A DNA stretch of 64,000 nucleotides, taken from contig OX597814.1 of NCBI GenBank assembly GCA_951406725.2, positions 165,602,001 through 165,666,000 of the forward strand, written 5' to 3'. Under the pieces are notes generated by a model, which was given only the letters and a program-made list of their open reading frames with translations, was not told where the DNA came from and did not search any database. Below are positions 53,601-64,000 of the stretch, in pieces (position 1 is the first letter of the stretch; each line of letters opens with the position of its first letter). This stretch comes from Octopus vulgaris (Eukaryota). Both the position numbers and the translations under genes were made by a program.

Positions 53601-54308
53601 AACTCTTCATTCTTCTATAATTTTTCTCAACCATGTATCATCCTTATGCAACATGGACATCACACGCCAGCTAAACCTACATTTATTCTACGAACGGGGA
53701 CCTTGAAGGCATCTTCCACTGGGTCTATGCCAATCTTGTTTCTTTTAGCTGAAAAATCTCATAACAAGAAAACAATGAGCGTTGTATGGAAAGTAATGCA
53801 AAAGTGAGCAGAACTTTTGTTTTTTAAACAACAAATATAGATAATTAAAATTGTGCATATTGCCAGAGTAAGCCTTCTTCTGTACAAAGATATCACTCAA
53901 ATAATCTCCATCGCAAGCATGTACCTTCGCCGTCTAACTCTTGAATCCTCTTTCAAAAGATTCATGTGTGCACTTTTGTACTTACTTCTTCACAGCTGCT
54001 TTCACTTTGTCCATGTCATAAAATGGTAGTTTCCGAAAACTGCCCTTCTTTTAACAAAACATATATGCTTCTTGCTTTTTTTGCTTCATGCAATTTCTTG
54101 ATGATGTTGGGGTCACCCCAGGCTAGTGGTCCCAGAGATGTCATCGGGTGTAGAGCCGACCAGGTCCCCCATCGCTCTCCATCGCTGGCGGTCCCGTGCC
54201 AACCCTTCTGCATTCTTCAAGGTGACGTCGAGCCTTTGAAGATTTTCTTTAATCACATCCAACCATCAACAAGTTTACTATATTTATGTATTTTTACACT
54301 TATTCTAG

Positions 54309-54413
54309 GAGATTGACGAAGATTACACTGAAGCAATCAAGAAAGCCATTCTAGATTACATACTTCTGGACCCATCAGAGCAAGTTCGGTTAGGTGTATA
54401 TATACAGCCTCAG
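54309..54413 (+). CDS. DNAH3: DNAH3-like exon (phase 0-0)
   Basis: tattctag|GAG..CCTCAG|gtaaac. EIDEDYTEAIKKAILDYILLDPSEQVRLGVYIQPQ, the DY..KxIxDYILxDPxExxRL motif of DNAH3/7/12. Confidence 0.93.
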
Positions 54414-54644
54414 GTAAACTTTTATAATTTAATATAACCATCCTAACACACAGACCACAAAACCAGCAAACTGAATCTCCGTAAAGCATAAAAACTGTCC
54501 ACGGTATCAAATTTTATTATATGCATTCCATGTAATTTTGGTCATAGTGTAACGTTAAGGATATGTATAAGTGATGTGAATTTATAGTATCTTTTCATAC
54601 TCCTTATAAATGAATAGTTAACTGCAATACATTTATGTATATAC

Positions 54645-54726
<82 letters not shown>

Positions 54727-54952
54727 GTCTGTCTGTCTGTCTGTTTATCTGTCTGTCATTCTATAAACTTGTCTGTCTGTCTGTCTATCTGTTTATCTGT
54801 CTGTCTGTTTGTCTGTTTATCATTATATAAACCTTTCAACCTCTCAACTTACCTATCTCTGTCTCTATTTTCGATCTATTTATTTACAGCTCTCTATCTC
54901 TCTCTTTCTTCCCTCTCCTTCCACCTCCTTTTCCTGTCCCCTCTCTCTCTCC

Positions 54953-55002
<50 letters not shown>

Positions 55003-55202
55003 ATCTCTCTTGTTATTTCTCATTATAAGTATATTTAGGTATGGTTGGTTTCTCAGATTAGTTCTCTGATCTTTACTCTGCGTATCTACGTCATACATTA
55101 AATGTTATTATTCTTTCAAAAAAAAAGGTTAAAATTTGCAAATTGTTTTATAACAAATGTTTAATGAAACCTTTTTTCTCTGTCTTTCACAATAACAACA
55201 AG

Positions 55203-55333
55203 GTTTTGAGTTGTATGAAACATGAACGTTTTCCTTGGCATAATTCAGTCACTGAAGCACGAAACTTTCTGAAGTATAATCTGTTTATAACTCATCCAGT
55301 CAACACAGCCATCTTGTACAACTTTCAACATAA
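55203..55333 (+). CDS. DNAH3: DNAH3-like exon (phase 0-2)
   Basis: aacaacaag|GTT..CATAA|gtaggt. VLSCMKHERFPWHNSVTEARNFLKYNLFITHPVNTAILYNFQHK (PWH motif). Confidence 0.88.
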
Positions 55334-55478
55334 GTAGGTATTATCGTTGCTCCTTGCATATTATTAGCTTGCTTCTCAATATTTTGTACTTCAGTAGCTC
55401 CCTGGAGGTAACTAAGAGCTGAACTTAATCGAATAAAATCAATAAACTCCTTGCTGAAACCATCAACTTTATTATAAA

Positions 55479-55871
55479 CTAGCAGTATCGCCCGGCGTTG
55501 CTCGGGTTTATTTCGACCCTTTAGAATTGGAATTTTTGAAAAGTAAAAGTTTTGCATTATGTAGCTTGTTATTCTCTTTAAGTGAACATTTTTCTGATTG
55601 AAATACACCGAAAACTGGCGACACAGCAGTCAAAAAATCGTAAAAAATATGGATTTTCATAGAAAAAAAAGCACGTTTTTGATGTAAATAATTTTTGGTG
55701 TTAACATGGTCCGATTTGAATTTTTTCTTCTACGGAAGGAAGAGCAAGCCTTCTTCTATCATACTCTCAATTTTGGTCAACTTGCGCCGCAGGGTCTCGA
55801 AGGAGATAGTGTTAGTTGAAGGCTACCAAACCTGCCATACACAGACAACTTCAGCTTTATTTATATATAGA
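55479..55871 (-). mobile_element. Non-autonomous Helitron, copy 1
   Basis: Minus strand A|TC 5' end, 3' hairpin CCCGAGCAACGCCGGG, then CTAG|T. Confidence 0.88.
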
Positions 55872-56145
55872 TGAGTTAGACTCACCAGACTGTAACCTAA
55901 GAACCCCAGAACATCAATGATCAGGAATAATGAGTTCACATTTGCAGTAATCTATAAATAAAATCTAATCGGTTGATAGTCGTAATGGCCAGTAGGTAAA
56001 GTATGGGTATGAAAAGACAGTAACTCTACTGATATACCCAACTGATGGCAAGAGGTATGGTTCTCTTTAGGTCATGTAACAACGTAGAGAGATTTCTAAA
56101 ATATTAAGAAAAAGTGAAATTAAAACACGTTGCATCGTCTACAAA

Positions 56146-56538
56146 TCTCTCTACATATAAAGCTGAAGTTGTCTGTGTATGGCAGGTTTGGTAGCCTTCA
56201 ACTAACACTATCTCCTCCGAGACCCTGAGGCGCAAGTTGACCAAAATTGAGAGTATGATAGAAGAAGGCTTGCTCTTCCTTCCGTAGAAGGAAAATTTTA
56301 AATTGGACCATGTTAACACCAAAAATTATTTACATCAAAAACGTGCTTTTTTTTCTATGAAAATCCCGATATTTTACGAAGTTTTGACTGTTGTGTCGCC
56401 ATTTTTCGGTGTATTTCAACCAGAAAAATGTTCACTTAAAGAGAATAACAAGCTACATAATGCAAAATTTTTACTTTTCAAAAATTTCAATTCTAAAGGG
56501 TCGAAACAAACCCGAGCAACGCCGGGCGATACTGCTAG
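56146..56538 (+). mobile_element. Non-autonomous Helitron, copy 2 (inverted relative to copy 1)
   Basis: A|TCTCTCTACATATAAAGCTGAAGTTGTC ... CCCGAGCAACGCCGGGCGATACTGCTAG|T. Confidence 0.88.
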
Positions 56539-56802
56539 TATTAAGAAAAAGTAAAATTAAAACACGTTGCGTCGTCTACAAATTAACGATATTTTAATAT
56601 TTGCAGAAATTAAAGGCTGAATGTATTTCTATGAGACCATAGGTACAAACTCTGCTGACACACCACAATACCGCGAGAGAAATGGTTCTCTTTAGGCCAT
56701 ATAACAATGTATAGAAATTTTAAAATATTAAGAGAAAATAAAATAAAAACATGTTGTAACGTCCATCAATCAGTGATAATTTTAATATTTGCATGAGACT
56801 AA

Positions 56803-57010
56803 GGTGGTCAGGTGGAATCGTGTGTACCTCGAGCAAAATGCTTAGCTGCATTTCGTCTGTCTTTGCGTTCTGAGTTCAAATTCCACCGAGGTCGACTTTG
56901 CCATGAATCCTTTCGGGGTCGATAAAATAAGTATCAGCTCGACACTGGGTCGGCGTAATTGATTTACCCCTTCCACGAAATTACTGACCTTATCCCAAAT
57001 TTTGAAACCA
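56803..57010 (+). mobile_element. Old SINE-B copy
   Basis: AAAATGCTTAGCTGCATTTCGTCTG..GAGTTCAAATTCC..TTCGGGGTCGATAAAATAAGT; ATTTGCATGAGACTAA on both flanks. Confidence 0.85.
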
Positions 57011-57489
57011 GTATTTGCATGAGACTAAAGATGAATCTAGCTATGTCGAATGTCGTTTGAAGGCTTCAATTCAATGTCTCTGCCTCACAAGCTCTTTGGC
57101 ATACCAATCTATTTCTTAGTCATATAACAATTCCAATTAGGGCATTAATGCAACTTTAATTTCACTGTTACATCTATGTCTTTTTTAAGGTCTCTTTAGA
57201 TTCATTTGTTCAATATTTCTAGCAATATTGTCTTTTAAGTTCCTTTAAGTATCTTTAATTCCGTTGTATTTAATAAATTTTAACAATCTATTGTTATACA
57301 TATATACATTAGTGGAGATACCTCGGCATATAGTAATTCCATGTCTTTGAGTGGGATTGGCATCACTTAGTTCATTTATTCATATTACTTACATCACACC
57401 ACCGCAGCGACAGACCAGTAAAAACATTTTCTGTTCAATGATTTCACTAAATTCTTTTAATTGACGTTTCTCTGCTATTTTCTGATAAG

Positions 57490-57688
57490 GTATAGTACGT
57501 ATCGTCTGTTGTCAATTGATACCCTCAAGCAGTTCCTTCCCATGACAATCGAGGAACTAGTCATCTACGTTAAAGAAACAGTGAGAAGAAACGCCAAAAA
57601 TCTCCAAGAAACATGGTTGTCAGAATGTGCTTCCATCATCGATAGCCGCAGAGAGGATGTAGAAGGACGGTTTCTTAAAGACAGAACT
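57490..57688 (+). CDS. DNAH3: DNAH3-like exon (phase 2-0)
   Basis: tctgataag|G..AGAACT|gtaaga. YSTYRLLSIDTLKQFLPMTIEELVIYVKETVRRNAKNLQETWLSECASIIDSRREDVEGRFLKDRT. Confidence 0.9.
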
Positions 57689-58732
57689 GTAAGAACCATT
57701 TCTAGGTTTTTACCTCGAAAAATTCTTGGCTTTCTCTCCTCCAAAATCTAAAAATGTTTTTGTTTTTTGTTGTTTTTGGGGGATTTTTTTTTGTTATAGG
57801 ACACCATTAAGTGGGTATGGTACTGAATTACAAACTAAAAATGCTGTTGTATTGTACTACAAAATATATTTGTAGATTTTATCCAACACTGTGGGTGATA
57901 TCCAAATGTAAACACCTTGCCTTTATATACAACACTTTCGTTGACAGATAAAAGAAAGTTCAAACCGAACTAGCTTCAATCCTGTATTAAGATTCCATCA
58001 ACGTCTTAAACTTAGAAACACTGATTATAAATTATAAATTTAAGAGCTTAAAGTCATTGGATAATTTAATTTGCATATATAAATCATTCTTAACAGTTAA
58101 TTCGATATATGAGTGTGTGTGTGTGTGTGTTAATGTATGTATGCATATGAATATGGATGTGTATGTATCTATAAATATATTTATTTATATCAAAAGTATT
58201 TGCATATCTTTCTATATTTGTGAAGATCATTTTAATTGTATGCACCTCAGCTCTTGGAAATACGTTCTAGATTAACCTACGGTGCCGTCGGCTATATATT
58301 GGCATCTCAGTCACGCAGGCTTGGGTGCAGGGAGTGCAAATGCACTCCCTAAAATGTTTTTGTTCAGTGAAAATGCTTTGGACATCCTCCAGAAAAACTG
58401 AGTTTGCACCCACTAAGCAAATTTCGTTCTCGCACTTATGTTTATCCAGGTAGATACAGAGTTAGGATTGCACAGGAAGTTGGAGTTAGAGATGTGTGGA
58501 AAATAGCGTGATGAAGAAGTTGTTTAAAATAGTAAGTGAATTTTAAGGACGTTAAGAAGGGTGTGAAGTAGACATTGAAGGAAAAATGGAAATGTATCTG
58601 CATTGGTATATGAGACGTGGAACAGAGAAAAGAATTAAGTTTAGGGAATTTAGTGAAGGCAAGAATGAAGTGATTGAAGAGTGGGATAGAAGGACGACTT
58701 AACTAATATCTGAAAATCTTTTCATATCGCAG

Positions 58733-58939
58733 GATAGTCGACTTGATTACATGGACAAATTCTTCTCAAGCGTCGCCTCTCTGATGTCCAACCTTCTCCG
58801 AACATGTGTCCAGGATTCACTATCAGAGTTGTTGACTTTGATAGAATGTTATATGGATGGCAATGATTACAGTGGACAGTATAATATTATGACTGGACTC
58901 GGGCTTCCTACAAAGATGCACGTGCTAAAAATATCTCTG
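58733..58939 (+). CDS. DNAH3: DNAH3-like exon (phase 0-0)
   Basis: catatcgcag|GAT..TCTCTG|gtaaat. MDKFFSSVASLMSNLLRTCVQDSLSELL..YMDGNDY (compare DNAH3 YFASVASFMSLQLR..SL..HKDGNDF). Confidence 0.93.
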
Positions 58940-59142
58940 GTAAATATTTGTTTCTTCGCATGTTTTATAGATTTTGCTTTCCCTAACCTTACTCTAACAT
59001 CAACTTTCAAAATCTTCATTTTTTTTAATAGTATTCTAACCTGCTAGGATTCATTAGTAATATTTCATTTCAAATCTTATCGAAAATGGTTATATGTTCC
59101 GTATATTTTCAATCACCCTTGACTTGTATATTTTTAAAACAG

Positions 59143-59396
59143 AACACTGATGTCCCGAATGCGTCAACCAAATTTGAGCCGTCTTTCGATGCGATACAAC
59201 ACCATCTTTCTGATATTGTCGATGTTATTGTCACCAGTACAAGCCATTTCCCTTGTATTGAACATTGTTTGTTCCATTCTGTTGAGAATCTTCCAACAAA
59301 TTATATTAGATCAGTCGGTCAAAATGAACAACTAGTTTTGAATACGAAACAGAAGATACAAAACGTCATCAATAAAAATATATGTGGACCAACCAG
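59143..59396 (+). CDS. DNAH3: DNAH3-like exon (phase 0-2)
   Basis: tttaaaacag|AAC..ACCAG|gtgatg. KFEPSFDAIQHHL..FPCIEHCLF..EQLV..VINKNICGPTR. Confidence 0.92.
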
Positions 59397-60028
59397 GTGA
59401 TGTACTTAGACAATGGACTTCTTTTAGTATTCGTTAGAGTATTTTATTGAATGTAATGTATGTATCTGTGTACATTCGTGGCCATACACATACATACATA
59501 CAGTTTTTTTTTATGTAGTCATAATTTTCTCTGATTACATATTATAATATGAGAAGTTCGATGTTTTCTGGAGTCTGTGTTATCTGGTGGTTTGAATGTT
59601 TTTGTCATTTTCTGTTTTGTTATCAATAAAATTTTTTTGTTTTGTTATTAATAGCCGTTATGGCCATGTGGGGTAGGAAGTTTGGGGTCCGTGTATCCTG
59701 TAGCTGTGTTTGTGTGGGTATGTGTTTTTGAGTGCCTGTGTGTGTTTGCGATGTTGTGTATGACTGTGAGTGCTTGCGTGGATGTTTGGTTAGGTTGTGA
59801 ATGTGCAGGTGTTTCTGCCTTTTCTTTTACTCTTTTGAGCCTTTTCTTTTTCTCTTTTTTTCTCCTCACGTGCTCCCACTCTATGTCTTCTTCTGTCTGT
59901 CTCTGTAGTGTCTTTGCCGACTATGTCAGACCGCTGCTATTTATATGTAGTGGTCCCGTCTGTTCTCGTCAGAGGGTATCATACTCTCGCCGCAACAGTA
60001 TGTATGTATGTATGTATGTATGTTACAA

Positions 60029-60069
<41 letters not shown>

Positions 60070-60394
60070 AGGGCAAACAATTCACAAGAAAAATAATTTC
60101 CGAAAAATTCATTTGCTAAGATATTATTAATTTTGCTATTATCTAGTATGACTATTTAAAAAAATGATAATAACAGAATCAATAATATACGCGATTGCAG
60201 GCCCCCCAAAAGCATTAAATAGCAGAAGGATTAAAATTAATCAAAGAACATACTAAGTATGTCTACTTGCTGGAAATAACAGTCAAAACTCTTATTTGAA
60301 TCACCAAAATACACTGATAATAACTACAGAAATCAATCAAAGTCAGATCAGGTTAATACAATCTCCTAAAGTACATTTAAGTATTTGGACTCAT

Positions 60395-60442
60395 GTGGAC
60401 CGGTTTCTGCTCTGGCAAAAATAGCCTCGGCTTCTTCAGCAC
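60395..60442 (-). ncRNA. Type-I hammerhead motif with intact core and GUC site
   Basis: Minus strand GTG-CTGAAGA-AGCCGAGGC-TATTTTT-GCCAGAGCA-GAAAC-CG-GTC-CAC; palindromic ACCGGU stem III. Confidence 0.7.
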
Positions 60443-60538
60443 GCGGTACCATGATGGAGACTCCCAACCTATAGTTTCGAAGTCTATATATGCATGCATG
60501 CATGCATGCATACATACATACATACATACATACATACA

Positions 60539-60570
<32 letters not shown>

Positions 60571-60653
60571 CGTACATTCATGCATACCTAACATAGCTAT
60601 ATATAAAAGAATTTTAATACGAGAAGATAAAATGAACATGCTTTAGTACAAAT

Positions 60654-60687
60654 CACTACAAATGTTTCGGTGCATCATTATCAGGTG
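60654..60687 (-). ncRNA. Degenerate hammerhead motif (G8A)
   Basis: Minus strand CAC-CTGATAA-TGATGCACC-GAAAC-ATTT-GTA-GTG. Stem I CAC/GTG; stem II decayed. Confidence 0.45.
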
Positions 60688-60821
60688 GTAATTGCTGAAT
60701 GTTACATATATGCTATAAGTTATTGCACTAATATGATCCAACACTAGCTGTATACACACGCGTCTTCAGATGAGTAGGGTCCAAAACATACGCACTGACA
60801 CATATATATGGATGTTTGTAC

Positions 60822-61032
60822 ATGTGACCACGAGTGTATCGTTAGCGACTTCTTTTCCTCCGTCTTCTCTTCCTTGAATCTTTCCTTTTCCTATGTTTCT
60901 GACGAAGAGCACCGCTCGAAACGTTAAATTCTCCTTCTTTCTTTTCTTTCCTGAGCGTCCAATAACACTATACTTGTTCCACGTCCTCGCGTTGTTGTGT
61001 TTTCTCTGTGTTTTCAACTTTGGATTAACTAT
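60822..61032 (+). mobile_element. ~210-bp hammerhead-bearing element, copy 2 (motif at 60895-60929)
   Basis: Homologous to 27367-27575. GTTT-CTGACGA-A-GAGC-ACC-GCTC-GAAAC-GTT-AAAT. Confidence 0.85.
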
Positions 61033-61097
61033 GTATGTATATATATAGGCATGTATATCCTTACACCTCTTTTCTGCACGTTCCTTCTGTTTTACAG

Positions 61098-61302
61098 GTA
61101 CCTGAGTACATATACTCCCTTCTACTATCTCATTGACACAAAGACGAGTGATTGGACAAATGAATTCATTAATGAAGATCACTCCCTACAAGAATACTCC
61201 GATATCTTGGACAACATTCTAAGATTACGTAAACAGGTATTCCTGCTACCTACCATAATGCCAATGAATATGTTTCTACTGGAAGCTGATCAAATTAACC
61301 AG
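61098..61302 (+). CDS. DNAH3: DNAH3-like exon (phase 2-0); the gene continues beyond the window
   Basis: ctgttttacag|G..AACCAG|gtatat. YLSTYTPFYYLID..FINEDHSLQEY..IMPMNMFLLEADQINQ (compare DNAH3 YLNVYKKYVDLLD..FLKENHDI..VPLAMFCLDATALN). Confidence 0.93.
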
Positions 61303-61863
61303 GTATATTGTACTTCTCCTTGTATTCCATTCTTGTTTGTATCTTGTGTACTCAATTTTCTGTACTTCATAATGTACTTCAAAATCGATGACTTAAGGAA
61401 GCCGAGAATGATACACGGCAATTTTAGTTTTAATTGACAGGTAATCTTGTGGTACCTGTTTCTTGTCCGAGTATTGCTAGTGGTTGCTTTCTTTGTGAGT
61501 TTTTCCCTCGCTCTTTGAGTGATTTTAGTTTTAATTGTGCTGGTTGCCTACTCACTTTCTTCTCCCTGTAAACATCATGAAGATGTTTAGTTTCCAGCCA
61601 CCCCACAATAAGACAGAACATAGAGTTTTTGATTGTTTGTTTCGTTTTCATTAGATCGGTTTGGATTAAAGAGCTCTGCCATGGGTTGTTCAGTCTCTCC
61701 TAAACCAATGAGATCGATGTAGCTATGGAATCATTTTAACACTTGCAAGTTGATGGTTACAAAAGGAAAAAATATGCAAGCAGAGAATTCTAGAGGATCG
61801 ATGCTTCTAGAAAAAGAGGATTGAGCGATTAGTGTGGGATTTTGGATGGTAGACACAATATAA

Positions 61864-62094
61864 GGCGGCGAGCTGGCAGAGACGTTAGCACGCCGGGCGA
61901 AGTGCTTCGCGGTATTTCGCCCGTCGCTACGTTCTGAGTTCAAATTCCGCCGAGGTCGACTTTGTCTTTCATCCTGTCGGGGTCGATAAATTAAGTACCA
62001 GTTACGCACAGGGGTCGATGTAATCGACTTAATCCGTTTGTCTATCCTTGTTTGTCCCCTCTATGTTTAACCCCCTGTGGGTAATAAAGAAACA
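61864..62094 (+). mobile_element. SINE-B monomer, 17-bp TSD
   Basis: TSD GA(T/C)GGTAGACACAATAT at 61845-61861 and 62095-62111. Confidence 0.92.
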
Positions 62095-62739
62095 GACGGT
62101 AGACACAATATGGGTGAATAGGGAAGAACTGAAATGTGGGAGTTCGTCTGTGGGCTAGCAGCTGAACTGTGTGGCTTTATACCAACTTTATACCACCTAC
62201 TTGAGTGACTTTCCCTAAGATGTGTTCGAGGATGCACGTGTGTGTTTGTATGGCAGCAGCATTAGCCCATATATGAGAGTCGTACAACATTGCCAGCTTA
62301 CACAAACTTTGTAGAAAGTTAGTAATTGCTAAAGGCTGGAGCATTTTCTAGTCCTGAAGAGGAAGACCAATCTTTGTGATGCAGCCTCGGTTACATCGTT
62401 TTTTAATATATATTAAGAATTATAAAAACACACAAATGTAAATTTGGTTCAATTTACTTGATGCTATTTCTCTCGAGAATGACCAGTGCATTTAATCAGC
62501 TTGGAGCTTTGTTAGCTGCTACCTAGTTAAAAATAAAAAACCTGGTCACACTGTGGTCAAACTAAGAACACGAGTTTTTTCGAAACAACATCTGCTCATG
62601 CATAACAGAGAATAAATCAGAAGAACTTAAATGAATACGAATATTATAAAGCCTCACTGTAGGTTAAATAAGAATGTAAGCACATTCTTTCTTTATCATT
62701 GTTGTGTGGGAAAAATAAGGAGAGAGTCCCTTGTTGAAC

Positions 62740-62982
62740 CGTTTTCCAGTGTGTGTGTGTATGTATGTATGTATGTAATGTCATGTATATGTGTGTGTCT
62801 GTGTTTGTACCCCACCATCAGCTGACAACCGATGTTGGTGTGTTTGCGCCCCCGTAACGTAGTGTTTCGGCAAAATTGACCGATAAAATAAGTACTAGGC
62901 TTATAAAGAATAAGTCCTGGACTCGATTTCTTCGGCTAAAAGACACTTTAAGGAGTTAAATGACTGAAACAAATAAAAGAAT
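62740..62982 (+). mobile_element. SINE-A 3' half
   Basis: TGACAACCGATGTTGGTGTGTTT..AAGTACTAGGCTTATAAAGAATAAGTCCTGG. Confidence 0.82.
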
Positions 62983-63529
62983 ATTTAACTCGCTTTGTGA
63001 TCGTGAGTGCACCAAACGACGCATGCGCGTATGCTTACTTACATTTTCGCGGGTGCTTGTATGAGCGAGTGTACACGTGCCATGCAGTTTGCGCCAGGGT
63101 GTTTATACATCTATATTTGTTAACGGTTATTTTTAATACTTTTCTCACTGTATTGCGTGTTCGTTTCTTTTTTTATTTTTTATTGTCGTCTTCTATATAA
63201 ATGAAGATATTTCCCTAGTTTTGTTGCTTTCCTTTCTACAAAATGAGGGGATACACTACGGAACTGTTATTATAACGAGTTGTATTTATTTACCACCCAA
63301 TGAGACACATCTGCACCACCGGATGCTCCTGAACCAGCTGTTAAGTGTCCCAACCGTGAGGGATCGATGCTTGATATGTTGAAACAATTGTCGTGATTAA
63401 TAATAAATTCTCGTATATTCCATCTATATATGTATACACACACATATATTTATAAATATGTATGTATATATGTATGAATATATAAATGTGTGTATATATA
63501 TATATAGAAAGAGAGAGAGAGAAGAGAGA

Positions 63530-63722
63530 AAGAGAATCATTAGCACACCGGACAGAATGCTTAGCAATATTTCTTCGGGCTTTACGCTCTGAGTTCAAAT
63601 TTTGCCAAAGTCGACTTTACTTTTCATCTTTTTGGGGTCGATAAAGTAAGTAACAGTTGAGCATTGTGATCAATGCAATCGACTAGTCCCTTCCCCAAAA
63701 ATATCAGGCCTACAATAAAAAG
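63530..63722 (+). mobile_element. Old SINE-B copy
   Basis: GAATCATTAGCAC..GAGTTCAAATTTTGCCAAAGTCGACTTT..GGGGTCGATAAAGTAAGT. Confidence 0.8.
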
Positions 63723-64000
63723 AAACGTATATGTAGGTATATGTTTCAAGTTATCTTACACATTTTCAAAAGAATCTAGAGCCACCACTGGAAGTTAACG
63801 ACGCTCAAATACATTGTTTTTTTTGTTTTTTTTTAGTTTTCTAATCACTGGAAAATGTAAATTTTAATGACCTTTCACTCAGTGGCCAGCTCGTTGACTT
63901 TATTTATGCTGACATTTCAAATACAAACCCTAACGACTATTTCTTAACATTTTCAACGAAAAGTTACCTAAATCATCAAGACTGCAAATAAAATCGTTCA

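Overview
AT-rich, microsatellite-dense animal genomic DNA. The tRNA-derived SINE families resemble those of octopod cephalopods, so the source is probably Octopus (inference). The first ~42 kb is intergenic repeat terrain: three SINE families, MITEs, a decayed hAT/Buster transposon, a DD37D-type Tc1/mariner remnant and Dong/R4-type retroelement fragments. From 42.9 kb to the end, 12 phase-consistent GT-AG exons on + (1878 nt, 626 codons) encode the N-terminal tail of an inner-arm axonemal dynein heavy chain (DNAH3-like), which continues beyond the window. The main unannotated signal is at least 7 minimal type-I hammerhead ribozyme motifs on short Penelope-pLTR/retrozyme-like elements next to (TA)n/(TG)n/(TATG)n tracts, three of them in one dynein intron. 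Also notable are an inverted Helitron pair in a dynein intron, a Helitron with a 44-bp flanking duplication, a SINE head with three different tails and a locally templated insertion inside a SINE. Family assignments come from recalled motifs, not database searches. Most ORFs in the supplied track are microsatellite or SINE artefacts.
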